Positions 8,971-18,900 of a DNA stretch of 64,000 nucleotides are shown piece after piece. This DNA is from Sedimentisphaerales bacterium. GTDB lineage: Bacteria > Planctomycetota > Phycisphaerae > Sedimentisphaerales > SM23-30. Position 1 is the stretch's first letter. Each line of letters begins with the position of its first letter. A program made the translations under genes and the position numbers. Location of the stretch: NCBI GenBank assembly GCA_963666285.1, contig OY762711.1; one strand, 5' to 3'. The notes under the pieces were generated by a model that saw only the letters and a list, made by a program, of their open reading frames with translations, searched no databases and had not been told where the DNA came from.

Positions 8971-10104
8971 TTAATAATGTTCAACCGATTTGGACTGCAT
9001 GTTCATCGCCTGCATCTGAAACAACTGTTGCTGGAGCAAGAGCATTTGCTGCTGAATAGCTTCTATTGATGAAATATTACCATTATTGTTTACCTGTATA
9101 TTGGTGACATTTTGTGTAGTTTGAACATCGGTTGGTTGCGCCATTGTCTGCTGTTGAAGATTATTTTTTGAATACACATTTTCAACTAAAGCTTTTTTCA
9201 AATCATTGTTATCCAGATGAACATATACATTTTGATGTTTACTTCCTGGGGCATGGCCTGCAAACTTATTATGTTCAATGCCCTTAACTCCAAGTTTGTA
9301 TAATTCTGTTAGCCGACTGTGCCTGAGTAGATAGGTATTGACTTTTCTTTTTATCCCAACTCTTACAGCCAACCTCTGGATTATTCTATTGATATATGCT
9401 GTTGAAATCGGTTTTTTCCGTGGCTGGTTTGCTCGTGCCATTGCCGGAAATATATAGTCATCATATTGAGGGTCAGGATAAGCCCATTGCTCATGCCACA
9501 TTTTTAAATATTTTATAGAATTATATATCGGCAGATCACGATCATGCGTTGTCTTGGTTGAGTAGAGGTGGACTTCTTTGTCATCCCAATTGATGTCACC
9601 CCAACACAAATCTCTGATTTCTTGTGGCCTAGCTGCAGTTTCAGCAAGAATCGCAAATAATGCCTTATCTCGCAGACGTTCGGCCAGGTGAAGCATTTGT
9701 TTTGCTTCTTGTGGCTTAAACAATACTGATTTGTTTATCTTTGTAGGATTCACCAGAGGACCGATAGGGTTTTTCAAGCATTCTATCATATCCAGGTTTC
9801 TGTAAAACCACTTTAAGAAACGCTTAATGGTTCTGCGTATCATTATTTTCGTAGCGTTTTCATGTTGAGAATAATTTACTAACCCCCAAAAGTCGATAGC
9901 ATCGTCTCGAGTTATCTGATCAAGAGGTTTTTCCATTACATCAATGAACTGCAGCATATATCGGCGATAATCTCTTACCTTTGTTGGGCCAGCGGTAGTA
10001 GCACAGAATCTCAGATAATCGTTAAGTATTTTCTTGTCACTGTCAGACAGGTTTTGAGCCAAAGGTTCAGAGTCTCTTCCGTACATTCGGTATTCACTTT
10101 TCAT
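8971..10104 (-). CDS. Tyrosine integrase, archaeal (SNJ2-like) style
   Basis: TAARPQEI (R), STKT (K), YLLRH, AGHAPGSKHQNVYVHL; GAGGTG SD; Gln-rich tail. Confidence 0.85.
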   Translation of the reverse strand: MKSEYRMYGRDSEPLAQNLSDSDKKILNDYLRFCATTAGPTKVRDYRRYMLQFIDVMEKPLDQITRDDAIDFWGLVNYSQHENATKIMIRRTIKRFLKWFYRNLDMIECLKNPIGPLVNPTKINKSVLFKPQEAKQMLHLAERLRDKALFAILAETAARPQEIRDLCWGDINWDDKEVHLYSTKTTHDRDLPIYNSIKYLKMWHEQWAYPDPQYDDYIFPAMARANQPRKKPISTAYINRIIQRLAVRVGIKRKVNTYLLRHSRLTELYKLGVKGIEHNKFAGHAPGSKHQNVYVHLDNNDLKKALVENVYSKNNLQQQTMAQPTDVQTTQNVTNIQVNNNGNISSIEAIQQQMLLLQQQLFQMQAMNMQSKSVEHY

Positions 10105-10322
10105 AGTGCCACCTCTGGACAGTAGTGTTTTTGTGGTTTGTCTCGATTAGGACGGTTTAGAATGCCGTAAATGAGTGTTTCAGAAAAAAGGGGCTGGGGA
10201 GACAAAATGTAAATGCCCAGGCCGGGCTGACTCAATTTGACTCCACAGCCACTTTTACGGTGCAAATGGATTGTTTTTATCATGCTTTTTCTTAACAATT
10301 ACCCATATATAAATTATTCGTT

Positions 10323-10499
10323 TCATTCTACAAATCTGTTATAATACTCTTTTAAATAATACATCAAACATTGTTTACTACAAAACAATGTCTCATCATC
10401 TAATTTCAGGAATCCTCTTGGTCCGATTACTCCTACTTCTAAATTAATCGCATTTTCTCCCAATCTTAAAGATTGTTTGCATTTTTGGCATTGCTTCAT
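10323..10499 (-). CDS. TRASH-like metal-binding miniprotein, copy 2 (not in ORF track)
   Basis: MKQCQKCKQSLRLGENAINLEVGVIGPRGFLKLDDETLFCSKQCLMYYLKEYYNRFVE. Confidence 0.75.
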   Translation of the reverse strand: MKQCQKCKQSLRLGENAINLEVGVIGPRGFLKLDDETLFCSKQCLMYYLKEYYNRFVE

Positions 10500-10576
10500 T
10501 TTTGCATCAATGCTCGAGAGTAATAGATTTTTTATAAATGATCTATCGATTTTGGCGGTAAGATTTCAATGGGCAT

Positions 10577-11077
10577 TTATTTACGATGCCCAAATATACT
10601 TTTATACGTTGGCAAACAGAAGTGTTCTGCTGCTCTTAATCCGTGCAGGTCACGAATCAGTAGATCAAATTCAGAGATTTCTTTAGGAACGTGAAAAGAT
10701 AAAATCAACATTTCTGAACCAAGAAATTTGATAATTGTCTCTGGATTACCTTTTTCTTTTGGGAAGCTGCAATAATGTCCATCTTTACTTTGAAGCACAA
10801 TGTAATCCATGCTTAACTTATAGCCATCAGTAAAGCCATTGTTAACTATACGTAATTTCATAGTCAAACATTTCATCTTACTCATCATATTTTTTATACT
10901 GAAAGGATGACTAAGGCTTACAAGCTTTACTGCCAGATGGTTATCTATTGAAAGTTTATTATTGGCAGGTACTGTTTCATTCTTCTGTATGGTTGTAAGC
11001 ATATTCTGGATAACATGCATCTCAGCGGATACAGTATCTATCCGTCTGGATATTTCATTGACTATTTGGTAATTCAT
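10577..11077 (-). CDS. Hypothetical protein (DUF4352-like beta-sandwich possible)
   Basis: Start re-called at MNYQ (11077), overlapping the upstream miniprotein stop. Confidence 0.55.
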   Translation of the reverse strand: MNYQIVNEISRRIDTVSAEMHVIQNMLTTIQKNETVPANNKLSIDNHLAVKLVSLSHPFSIKNMMSKMKCLTMKLRIVNNGFTDGYKLSMDYIVLQSKDGHYCSFPKEKGNPETIIKFLGSEMLILSFHVPKEISEFDLLIRDLHGLRAAEHFCLPTYKSIFGHRK

Positions 11078-11234
11078 TTTGCACTCGTAAAAATGACCAG
11101 AAACATTGTTTGCTGCAAAATAGCATTTCATCGCCCAGGTTCAGAAAACCATGAGAGCCTATTACTCCGATTTCAAATTTAATGACATTCTGTCCTAATC
11201 GAAGGACACTTTCACATTTATGGCATTGCTTCAT
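11055..11234 (-). CDS. TRASH-like metal-binding miniprotein, copy 1
   Basis: MKQCHKC...EIGVIGSHGF...LFCSKQC. Confidence 0.75.
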   Translation of the reverse strand: MKQCHKCESVLRLGQNVIKFEIGVIGSHGFLNLGDEMLFCSKQCFWSFLRVQNELPNSQ

Positions 11235-11475
11235 AATCAATCATCACTGTAAGCCAAAGATTTGTTTATAAATAAACAACCGGTTTGGAGTGTTTTTGCA
11301 ATTGGGATAATTCTGTTTTAAAAAATGCCACAAAAGCTAAATAACGTCTATATAGCCAATTGAAGGTGTTTGGGAATGAGAAATTCTCACCGATATAGGA
11401 CAACTTCTGTTAGCGATTTTCAATATTTCGCTGGCAAAACTCATTTGTTTTTTTTATTTGCCCTCCAAAAAGGTT

Positions 11476-11508
11476 CAAAGTTGTTATTAAGTAGTGATAA
11501 CAACTTTG
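11476..11508. promoter_or_regulatory. Perfect 12-bp inverted repeat before the wHTH gene
   Basis: CAAAGTTGTTAT-9nt-ATAACAACTTTG, 2 nt upstream of ATG 11511. Confidence 0.6.
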
Positions 11509-11510
11509 TT

Positions 11511-12086
11511 ATGAACTTTGACCGAACCGGCCACTGGCTTTTTAGGAGCAATAGACGACAAAAACTGCTTAGGCAATTATGTCAGCCTATGACAGCAAGT
11601 CAATTAAACACAAAAGTAAAATTGGCACGCAAAGATTGCAGTTTTGTAATTGCTGGCATGAATAGGCAGAACATTATTTATTGCCTGAACCCCGAAGCCA
11701 AGCGAAGCAGACTGTATGGTCTTACCGATTTGGGAAAATACTGGCGAAAACAGTTTTATCCTCAATTAGACGAATATAGTCAGCCTTCTGATATTGACTG
11801 GAATTTATACGGTTCTGTTTGTTTTAGCTATCGGAAGACTATCATTTTGGCATTAGATGAGCCGCGATACCCAGCTGACATCAAACGATACGCCAGATTC
11901 TATAATCCTGACATCAAGATGAGTTCTAATAATGTTCGTAATGTTATACCTGGACTTCTTGACAATGGAATAATTGTCAAAGTTGACACCAGAGGTGCAT
12001 ACCCTATGTATGACTTGACCGACACAGGCAGACAATTTCAAAATTTGCTGCGAAAAGCAGTGTCTAACCTTCAAAATGATAAATAA
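11511..12086 (+). CDS. Tandem winged-helix protein
   Basis: Two wHTH-like halves ending YGLTDLGK and YDLTDTGR; start re-called at MNFD. Confidence 0.65.
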   Translation: MNFDRTGHWLFRSNRRQKLLRQLCQPMTASQLNTKVKLARKDCSFVIAGMNRQNIIYCLNPEAKRSRLYGLTDLGKYWRKQFYPQLDEYSQPSDIDWNLYGSVCFSYRKTIILALDEPRYPADIKRYARFYNPDIKMSSNNVRNVIPGLLDNGIIVKVDTRGAYPMYDLTDTGRQFQNLLRKAVSNLQNDK

Positions 12087-12819
12087 AATCCACCCTATCG
12101 ATGCCCTTGAAGGGCTTAAAAAGCTGAAAACCAATAGTGTTGACTTGATCATAACTGACCCGCCATATAATATTGCATCCGGCAATGCTCTGACAATCCA
12201 GCAAGGCAAACTTAAGAGTACCAAAGATGCCTGGGGGCAATGGGACATACACCATCCTTTCGATTATGATGTGTTCATGTGTCAGGTAATCATCGAATGC
12301 TACAGGGTTCTAAGGCCGGGCGGCTCTTTTTATATGTTCACTGCTCAGGAAGATAACGGTTATTTTATTCGTCAAGCCGTCAAAAAAGGATTCCAGCTTC
12401 GAAGAGTTATGGCGATGGTCAAAAAGAATCCACTGCCAAGTATGAGCAAAAGAAACTGGAGAAGCAGCTTTGAACTTTGCATGTATATGACCAAGCCATC
12501 GTCTGGTAAGAATGCAGGCTACAAGGACGTAACCTTCAATTTTCTTTCACAGCAAGACTGCATTAATGTATTTCAATATGCCAACGGCAGAAAGCACACA
12601 AAACATCCAACCGAAAAGCCTCAGGCGTTTATTGAATTGCTGGTAAACATCAGTTCTAATCCCGGCGATGTCGCACTTGATCCATTTATGGGTGGCGGAA
12701 CAACGGCAGCGGCAGCAAAAAAACTAGGGCGTAAATTCATTGGTTTCGAGTTGAACCCGGAATATATACAGATGGCTGAGAACCGTTTGGAACAGATTGA
12801 TTCGGGGGCGAAACAATGA
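12076..12819 (+). CDS. Beta-class N4-C/N6-A DNA methyltransferase
   Basis: IITDPPY near N-terminus, HPTEKP, LDPFMGGGTT near C-terminus. Confidence 0.93.
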   Translation: MINKIHPIDALEGLKKLKTNSVDLIITDPPYNIASGNALTIQQGKLKSTKDAWGQWDIHHPFDYDVFMCQVIIECYRVLRPGGSFYMFTAQEDNGYFIRQAVKKGFQLRRVMAMVKKNPLPSMSKRNWRSSFELCMYMTKPSSGKNAGYKDVTFNFLSQQDCINVFQYANGRKHTKHPTEKPQAFIELLVNISSNPGDVALDPFMGGGTTAAAAKKLGRKFIGFELNPEYIQMAENRLEQIDSGAKQ

Positions 12820-13277
12820 ATACCTTGAAATATATTCGAGCTGAACCACAGTACAATGTAAATGAAAGTTCTGTCAGCAAGGCAGAAGAATTGCTAAGCA
12901 ATACGCTGGCAGAGTTTGGCACACCTAACCAAGATTACGAACCATCAGATAATATTGTAAGTGGAATCGAAAAGGCAACTGAACTTGTGCTTTGGCAATT
13001 GTCCAGGTTAAACAAAATGCATAAACAGACAATTGAAAGCATTCTTAAGGCAGAATGCAAGGCATCAACCGATCTTGAACGACTTCACCAGTTGGGATCA
13101 CGTTTCATCAATCCCACCGACACAAGAGCTGCACAGCTAAAGGATAGATTGGTTACTTTGGAAGAAAAAAGAAGACAGGCTGAGCTGGCATTCTTCGAAA
13201 GACAGTCAAAATGCCTTGAGAAACTGACAACACTGGTTGGCAGACACAAACTAATGACTCCGCCTCAGCACAGATGA
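12816..13277 (+). CDS. Hypothetical coiled-coil protein
   Basis: ATGA overlaps with both neighbours. Confidence 0.65.
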   Translation: MNTLKYIRAEPQYNVNESSVSKAEELLSNTLAEFGTPNQDYEPSDNIVSGIEKATELVLWQLSRLNKMHKQTIESILKAECKASTDLERLHQLGSRFINPTDTRAAQLKDRLVTLEEKRRQAELAFFERQSKCLEKLTTLVGRHKLMTPPQHR

Positions 13278-15385
13278 ACATAGAAAAACTGGCCAAATGG
13301 CTGGAACCAATCATGCCTGACAAAATCAAGACATGGTTAAAAGTGCGAGACATGAGTGACCCAGCGACAAAACAGTTAATAGAAAAGCAGATCATATCCA
13401 CCGCATACAGTGTTTTTGGTGACCCCAGAAAAGCTATGCTACTTTCATTGCCGCCATCAAAGGTCACGGACAAGCCTTTGAAACTTGGTAGCGTGTATTA
13501 TGAACGCAGGCGAGGGGCATTCGGTCTCAATAATCAACAATTGCTGCAGCACACAGCTATTTTTGGTCGCTCGGGGGCAGGTAAGAGTAATGTTGTTATG
13601 AACCTGTTTAGGCAGTTGATTAACCGTAACGTGCCAGTATTGTTCCTTGACTGGAAACGCAATGGTCGTGAAATAATCCCTCACGTCACGCGAAAAGTAC
13701 AAGTCTATACCGCTGGTCGTTCGGTTAGACCTTTTCCTTTTAATCCTTTTATCCCACCGCCTGGCATTGAGCTTAACGTCTATACTCAACATGTTGTCGA
13801 TGTTTTAGCTGATGCATACACGCTTGGTGATGGTGCAAGAAGTCTGATGCAAAAAGCCATCATCTCTGCAAGTAATAAATATGACAATGCCCCGAATGTG
13901 ATCCAAATAATTCACGAATTGGAACAGGTAAACGAATCAGAAAAGCTAGACCGCAGTCGAAGTCGAGGCTGGAAAACAACCGCAATGCGAGCGTTAGAAG
14001 AACTAAAGTTGGCCCAGCTGACAGGCGGTAATGCTCAATCGCAGCATAAGTTTGCTCGAAATCTTGCTGCCGGAATCAATGTCGTTGAGCTTGACAGCTT
14101 ATCCCAATCAACGCGTAAATTCATTATCCCATTACTATTTTCATGGGTATATCAGGTTAAGCTAGCCGATTCAAAACGTGAGAAATTATCACTTGTATTA
14201 ATCCTTGAAGAGGCTCACAATGTTCTTTATCGTGGTCAAGGTTCTAATGAGACACTGACCGAACAATTACTTCGTCAGTGTCGTGAAATTGGCATTGGCG
14301 TTATACTTGTAGATCAGCAACCCGGTCAATTATCTTCATCGGCTTTGGGAAATGTCCACAGCAGCATTTGCCTTAATTTAAAAGATCCCGCTGATATCAC
14401 AAAAGCAGCAGGCTTGTCTTTGCTCGATGAAACTGAAAAGAACTATTTAAATCAACTTGAGGTCGGCACTGGTATCGTGAAACTGCAGACACTGTGGCAA
14501 CGGCCCTTTATGGTGCGGTTTGACCATCTGGAACTTGCCAAGGGTAAGGTCACAGACGATGTATTGATTCGCCTGATGCGGGGCAATCTGCCGCAGTCTA
14601 CCCTGAGTCAGCGGGTTTGCCCCAATACCCCACGCAGTTCGCGCCGTCGCCTGCTTGATAGCGGCTTTAATGGGGACCAAGACCATGTCATTGGTCTTAT
14701 ACATGACATCTTACACCATCCATACGATGGTGTAAGAGTCCGCTATGAACGCATAGGGCTAAGCGTAGGTAAAGCCAATAAGCTCAAACAGGAATTACTG
14801 ACTTTAGGGTGGCTATCTCAAAAAATGGTTTCTCAGGGTAATACTCGGAGAGTTGTCCTTGAAATAACTGATGCAGGTCGCAGAGTATTTGATTTGCCAA
14901 TCACCCAGAAAAAGCCCGATCCGATCCTTTCTGTAAAGAAAACCACCACTCCAAAACCTGCCAGAAAAGGCTGGATCGATGTAGGCCTGATAATTGACTA
15001 TATCTCTAATGACAAGTCAGCTTCGCATATTCGCCGTGAATCTTTGGAACACTCCTACTGGAAAAATCGCTACGCTCGCCGCTTAATAGAGCTTGGCTAT
15101 GATGTTGAAATGGAAGCAGCAGTTGAAGGTGGTTTTGCCGATGTCGTTGCACACAAGGCCGGACAAACGCTGATTTGTGAGATCGAGACTGGACGCTCGG
15201 ACTTTATCAAAAACCTGCGACATGGCCTTCAATCGACTGACCTTGTTATCATCGTAGCAACCTGCGAAAAAGCCATGCAAAAAATCGAACGCACGTTAGC
15301 TGAAAAAGAATTACTGATACCCAGCAGGGTTGAAATTGTCCTCAAAGATCATTCCCGATTTTTTGGGGGGAGAAAAATAAGATGA
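13274..15385 (+). CDS. HerA/DUF87-like ATPase fused to wHTH and PD-(D/E)XK nuclease-like domain
   Basis: Walker A GRSGAGKS, Walker B LILEEAH, DQQP; C-terminal EHSYWK...ADVVAHK...ICEIETG. Confidence 0.85.
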   Translation: MNIEKLAKWLEPIMPDKIKTWLKVRDMSDPATKQLIEKQIISTAYSVFGDPRKAMLLSLPPSKVTDKPLKLGSVYYERRRGAFGLNNQQLLQHTAIFGRSGAGKSNVVMNLFRQLINRNVPVLFLDWKRNGREIIPHVTRKVQVYTAGRSVRPFPFNPFIPPPGIELNVYTQHVVDVLADAYTLGDGARSLMQKAIISASNKYDNAPNVIQIIHELEQVNESEKLDRSRSRGWKTTAMRALEELKLAQLTGGNAQSQHKFARNLAAGINVVELDSLSQSTRKFIIPLLFSWVYQVKLADSKREKLSLVLILEEAHNVLYRGQGSNETLTEQLLRQCREIGIGVILVDQQPGQLSSSALGNVHSSICLNLKDPADITKAAGLSLLDETEKNYLNQLEVGTGIVKLQTLWQRPFMVRFDHLELAKGKVTDDVLIRLMRGNLPQSTLSQRVCPNTPRSSRRRLLDSGFNGDQDHVIGLIHDILHHPYDGVRVRYERIGLSVGKANKLKQELLTLGWLSQKMVSQGNTRRVVLEITDAGRRVFDLPITQKKPDPILSVKKTTTPKPARKGWIDVGLIIDYISNDKSASHIRRESLEHSYWKNRYARRLIELGYDVEMEAAVEGGFADVVAHKAGQTLICEIETGRSDFIKNLRHGLQSTDLVIIVATCEKAMQKIERTLAEKELLIPSRVEIVLKDHSRFFGGRKIR

Positions 15386-15882
15386 AAGATGGATATTTGA
15401 ATAAGACATACAGGCAAACAAAACAAGATGTATATAATATGCTTGACTTGCTAAAAGATGAACTCAAAGAAGAAGAAACGAACGATATTAACTGGGGCCA
15501 TGTCGGCAATTTGGAACATGTTCGTGAAAATCTGATGGAGTCTTATTGTTTCGTCTCCGGCAAAGAAGTCGAAGATGTCAACCAAGAATTAGCCGACTAC
15601 CGTCAGAACCATACATATCCCGGATTCCAAATTGACCTTGAATGCCTTTCAGAGCGAATAGCCAATTGCCAGTATGAGTGCGATATGGCTGCTGAAGGTG
15701 GAGATGTGAGCAGATCGCTACATCAAGAATGTGACGTCAAATATTTAACGGATGTTCTAAATGCAGTCAATGATGGCAATTATGGTTCAGCCTATGAACA
15801 CATTGAAGGACTTACACCATTATCGGCAGATCATGTCCCGCTGCGATTATGCGAATTTTTGAAGCAATATTATTCAGGATGA
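15382..15882 (+). CDS. Two-domain hypothetical protein
   Basis: N-terminal NWGHVGNL helical domain; C-terminal half paralogous to 8168..8518. Confidence 0.7.
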   Translation: MKDGYLNKTYRQTKQDVYNMLDLLKDELKEEETNDINWGHVGNLEHVRENLMESYCFVSGKEVEDVNQELADYRQNHTYPGFQIDLECLSERIANCQYECDMAAEGGDVSRSLHQECDVKYLTDVLNAVNDGNYGSAYEHIEGLTPLSADHVPLRLCEFLKQYYSG

Positions 15883-15963
15883 TTTTGGATCAATACTGGA
15901 ATGTTATTTTTCTTAATTTATTGTAAGAAAGAAAATTCGGTTTGGTATCTATACCTCTTACAG

Positions 15964-18900
15964 TTATGAATTTTCCAAAGCACCGCTTTCGTATAATCTC
16001 TTGAGGGAATACAGATCATCCCGATCAGATATTGTCAACAGATTCCGCCTAGCAATGTCTTCTATTTGATCTTGGCTGTCATTCCCTAAAAGTTCTATCG
16101 CTAAGTGAGCAATGCGTTTGTCAGGGGAACTACCTAAAGATTTGAATATTGAAATTGTATGAGAATCATATTCCAAATCCAAAGTTTTCATAGTCATCAG
16201 TGTTTTTATGACGACTTTTTGTTCTGGATCGCCAAGCATGTGCTTTATAGTCATAAAAACATCATTAGCTGTAAGAATATCTTTATGGAATAATTCCTCA
16301 ACGGCTTTGATTGCGACACATCGCACTTCACTGCTATCATCTTCAAGTTTTCTTATTAGGCTTTCAACGATTTCCTTGTGTGAGGAATTTATCATTATTC
16401 TGAGACTGTCCACTGCTTCACTGCGAACTTCTTTATTAAGGTCATCTAGTTTTTCTAAAATTGCTGTCACTGCTTTTGGGAAGTTGTCTTTAAGGTATTG
16501 GTGAAGCTCTCCAAGTGTATAAATCATAACACTTCGTACAGCTGAATCAGGGTGTCCTAAATGGTTAATAATACTTTTCATCGCTTTTGGGCTAATAGCT
16601 TTTTTGATGTCATTGCTTTGCTCAATCGCTCTTAAGGCTTCAACTCTCACAGACCACTCCGAATCACTCAGCTTATTGACAATTAAGTCTGCGACATTTG
16701 CTTCATATCGATCAAGCATTTTCGCCAAAGCTTTTATTGCCGCGCATCGAATGTTAGCTTTTTTAGACCTATGCCTTCTTAATAGTGTATTTGCGTTTTT
16801 GTCACTTATATGTTCTTTTATTTCTGCAATTGCTAACATGGGCCAATATTGATCTATTTTTTTATCATTGAGCATTTCTGTTATCATTGTTACAATTTCA
16901 TTGTCTTGATCGCCGATTTTAACTTTATACTCTGCCAGAAAACTTATCACAGAATGTTGGACATAAGCACTTTTATTTCTGATTTGAGAAATTATTCGCA
17001 CTGCAATGTCACTATTTATTTTATCTTTCAATACTCTCAGAGTGTCAATAGCACTGCTGGCTATCATGCCATCAGCATTTTCAATCAAGGCAGCTATTTC
17101 AGAGATTATTTCTTCATCTATATAATCCTTTAAATGTCGAAAACCTGAAAGAGCAAAGTGGACAATAACAGGATTAGAGCCACATATGTCTTTTTGCAGA
17201 TGAGTCACAACTTTTCGGCCTTGAAGCCTTACCATTTCTTCGAGAGTTAAATAATCATAGGCATGCTCATTTTTTGTCTCTAATTGTACAATAGCTTTAT
17301 CAATATCTACATAGCAAAGATGCCTGATCGCTTCGCTGGCAAAAAGCGAGTCATCTAACAAATCTTCTAACTTGTTGACTATTTTGTTTTTGACTTTCTG
17401 GCTTATATATTTTACTTCTGGAACTAATTCAGCCGCTAAAAATAACTTCGAATGAATAGCATTGTCGTCTTCATCAAGGATGTCGGCAATGATATTTTGT
17501 CCTTTAATTCCAGTTATAAATTTAAGTACTTCTTTCCACTTTGGATTCCATTTTTCCTGTAGCACAAGTGCAAAAGATTCACCGTTTTCCGAACAATATA
17601 CAGCAGCTAAATATTCCTGATACGATTGATGATTAAAAACAAAAGATTTGTTATTTGTGTTTGAAAATAAATTAGCAAGCCCCAATTTGGGTAAGCGGTC
17701 TAAATGTATACCTAATGATTGATGTGCAATTTTAAGCGGGATATTCTGGAGGCAATGCTGTTTGTTGGCAATCGCATCATAAGAAATCTTTTCATAAGCC
17801 TTGCGAATATCTGTTATTTCACCAATCCCGAGATTAAGACTTTCATGTCTGTATTGTAGAGGATCAAGCAAATAATTGATAAATCTTTCATATAGTCCGG
17901 AACGATTTACAACCTCTTGAGTTAAGTCTTTATCAATAAGGGTTTGAACCATATAAGCAAGCATCGGAATTGTTAACATCTCGGGGCAATTAATGCAGAG
18001 TTCTTTTGCTGCCTTATAATCATCGCCAAAATATTCATTCACTAACCTTGGCGTAAATGGTCTTAGTCGCAGAAAAGATGCTTGCCCATCTTGCTCCAGA
18101 TGCGAAACTGCAGAGGGACGTGAAGCAATGACAATCTTGTCGCTGATGGTTGTAAGTATCTTTTCTGCCAAATTTACATATGTGGTTCCATAGCCATCTA
18201 TTTGATCAAGGCCATCTATTAGAAAAACTATCCTTTCTCGATATTTAAGAAGAAAATGTTCTACATTTTCACTGCCAAGGTAACCATCAAATAGTTGGGC
18301 TACCTGTTTCAAGAAAGTACTAGTATTCCTTTTGCTTAAATTAAAGTTCGCAATGTTGTCGGCATCCAAAAAAATAGGTATCAAGCCGTAATCGCTCTTA
18401 AGAATATTAAGCTGTAAATCCCTTAGAAATATTGTTTTCCCAAATCCTGTATCAGAACTAAGAATGTATTTACCATGTAAATTCAAAAGTTCTGCTATGT
18501 TAAGGATATTCCAGCTTCTTGTAGATTTGTTGGAGTCATCAACCAAACCTATTTCAACCACCATGGAAATGGGTTCTTTGCCGTACAGTCTGGCAGTTAA
18601 ATGTTCTGATGCCTCATACTTAATATTGTTGCAAAATGTTACAAACTGCTTGTCATCTGGGGCTTTTTCGGTCAGAAGATCTGTATTTAATATTTTTTTA
18701 AGCTTACCCTTAATTCCTAGCTGACGGTATTGTTTAATTAGTTCATCTTCATCAAATAAACATTTGCCAAACAAAACATCTAGAAGTTGCCTTAACTTAA
18801 CCCCTTCAATTTGATTGCCGCCGTTGTCCATGAAGGTGACATTCTCAGGTAAGGCACAGAGCCAACCTGCCGCTAAATTACTATAATTACCTGTAAAATT

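Noticed and set aside
2403..10290. 14-bp inverted match AAAAAGCATGATAA at 2403-2416 and 10277-10290, seemingly bracketing the foreign segment
   Set aside because: An AT-rich 14-mer match is expected by chance in 64 kb; no target duplication or longer similarity.
10101..10298. 65-aa ORF before the integrase as a confident gene
   Set aside because: It has a TATA-spaced ATG at 10283 but runs through the putative att core with no recognisable domain; left uncalled.
2410..10320. Integron interpretation (integrase plus cassettes)
   Set aside because: The recombinase lacks an evident IntI insertion, no repeated attC-like sites were seen, and genes lie on both strands.
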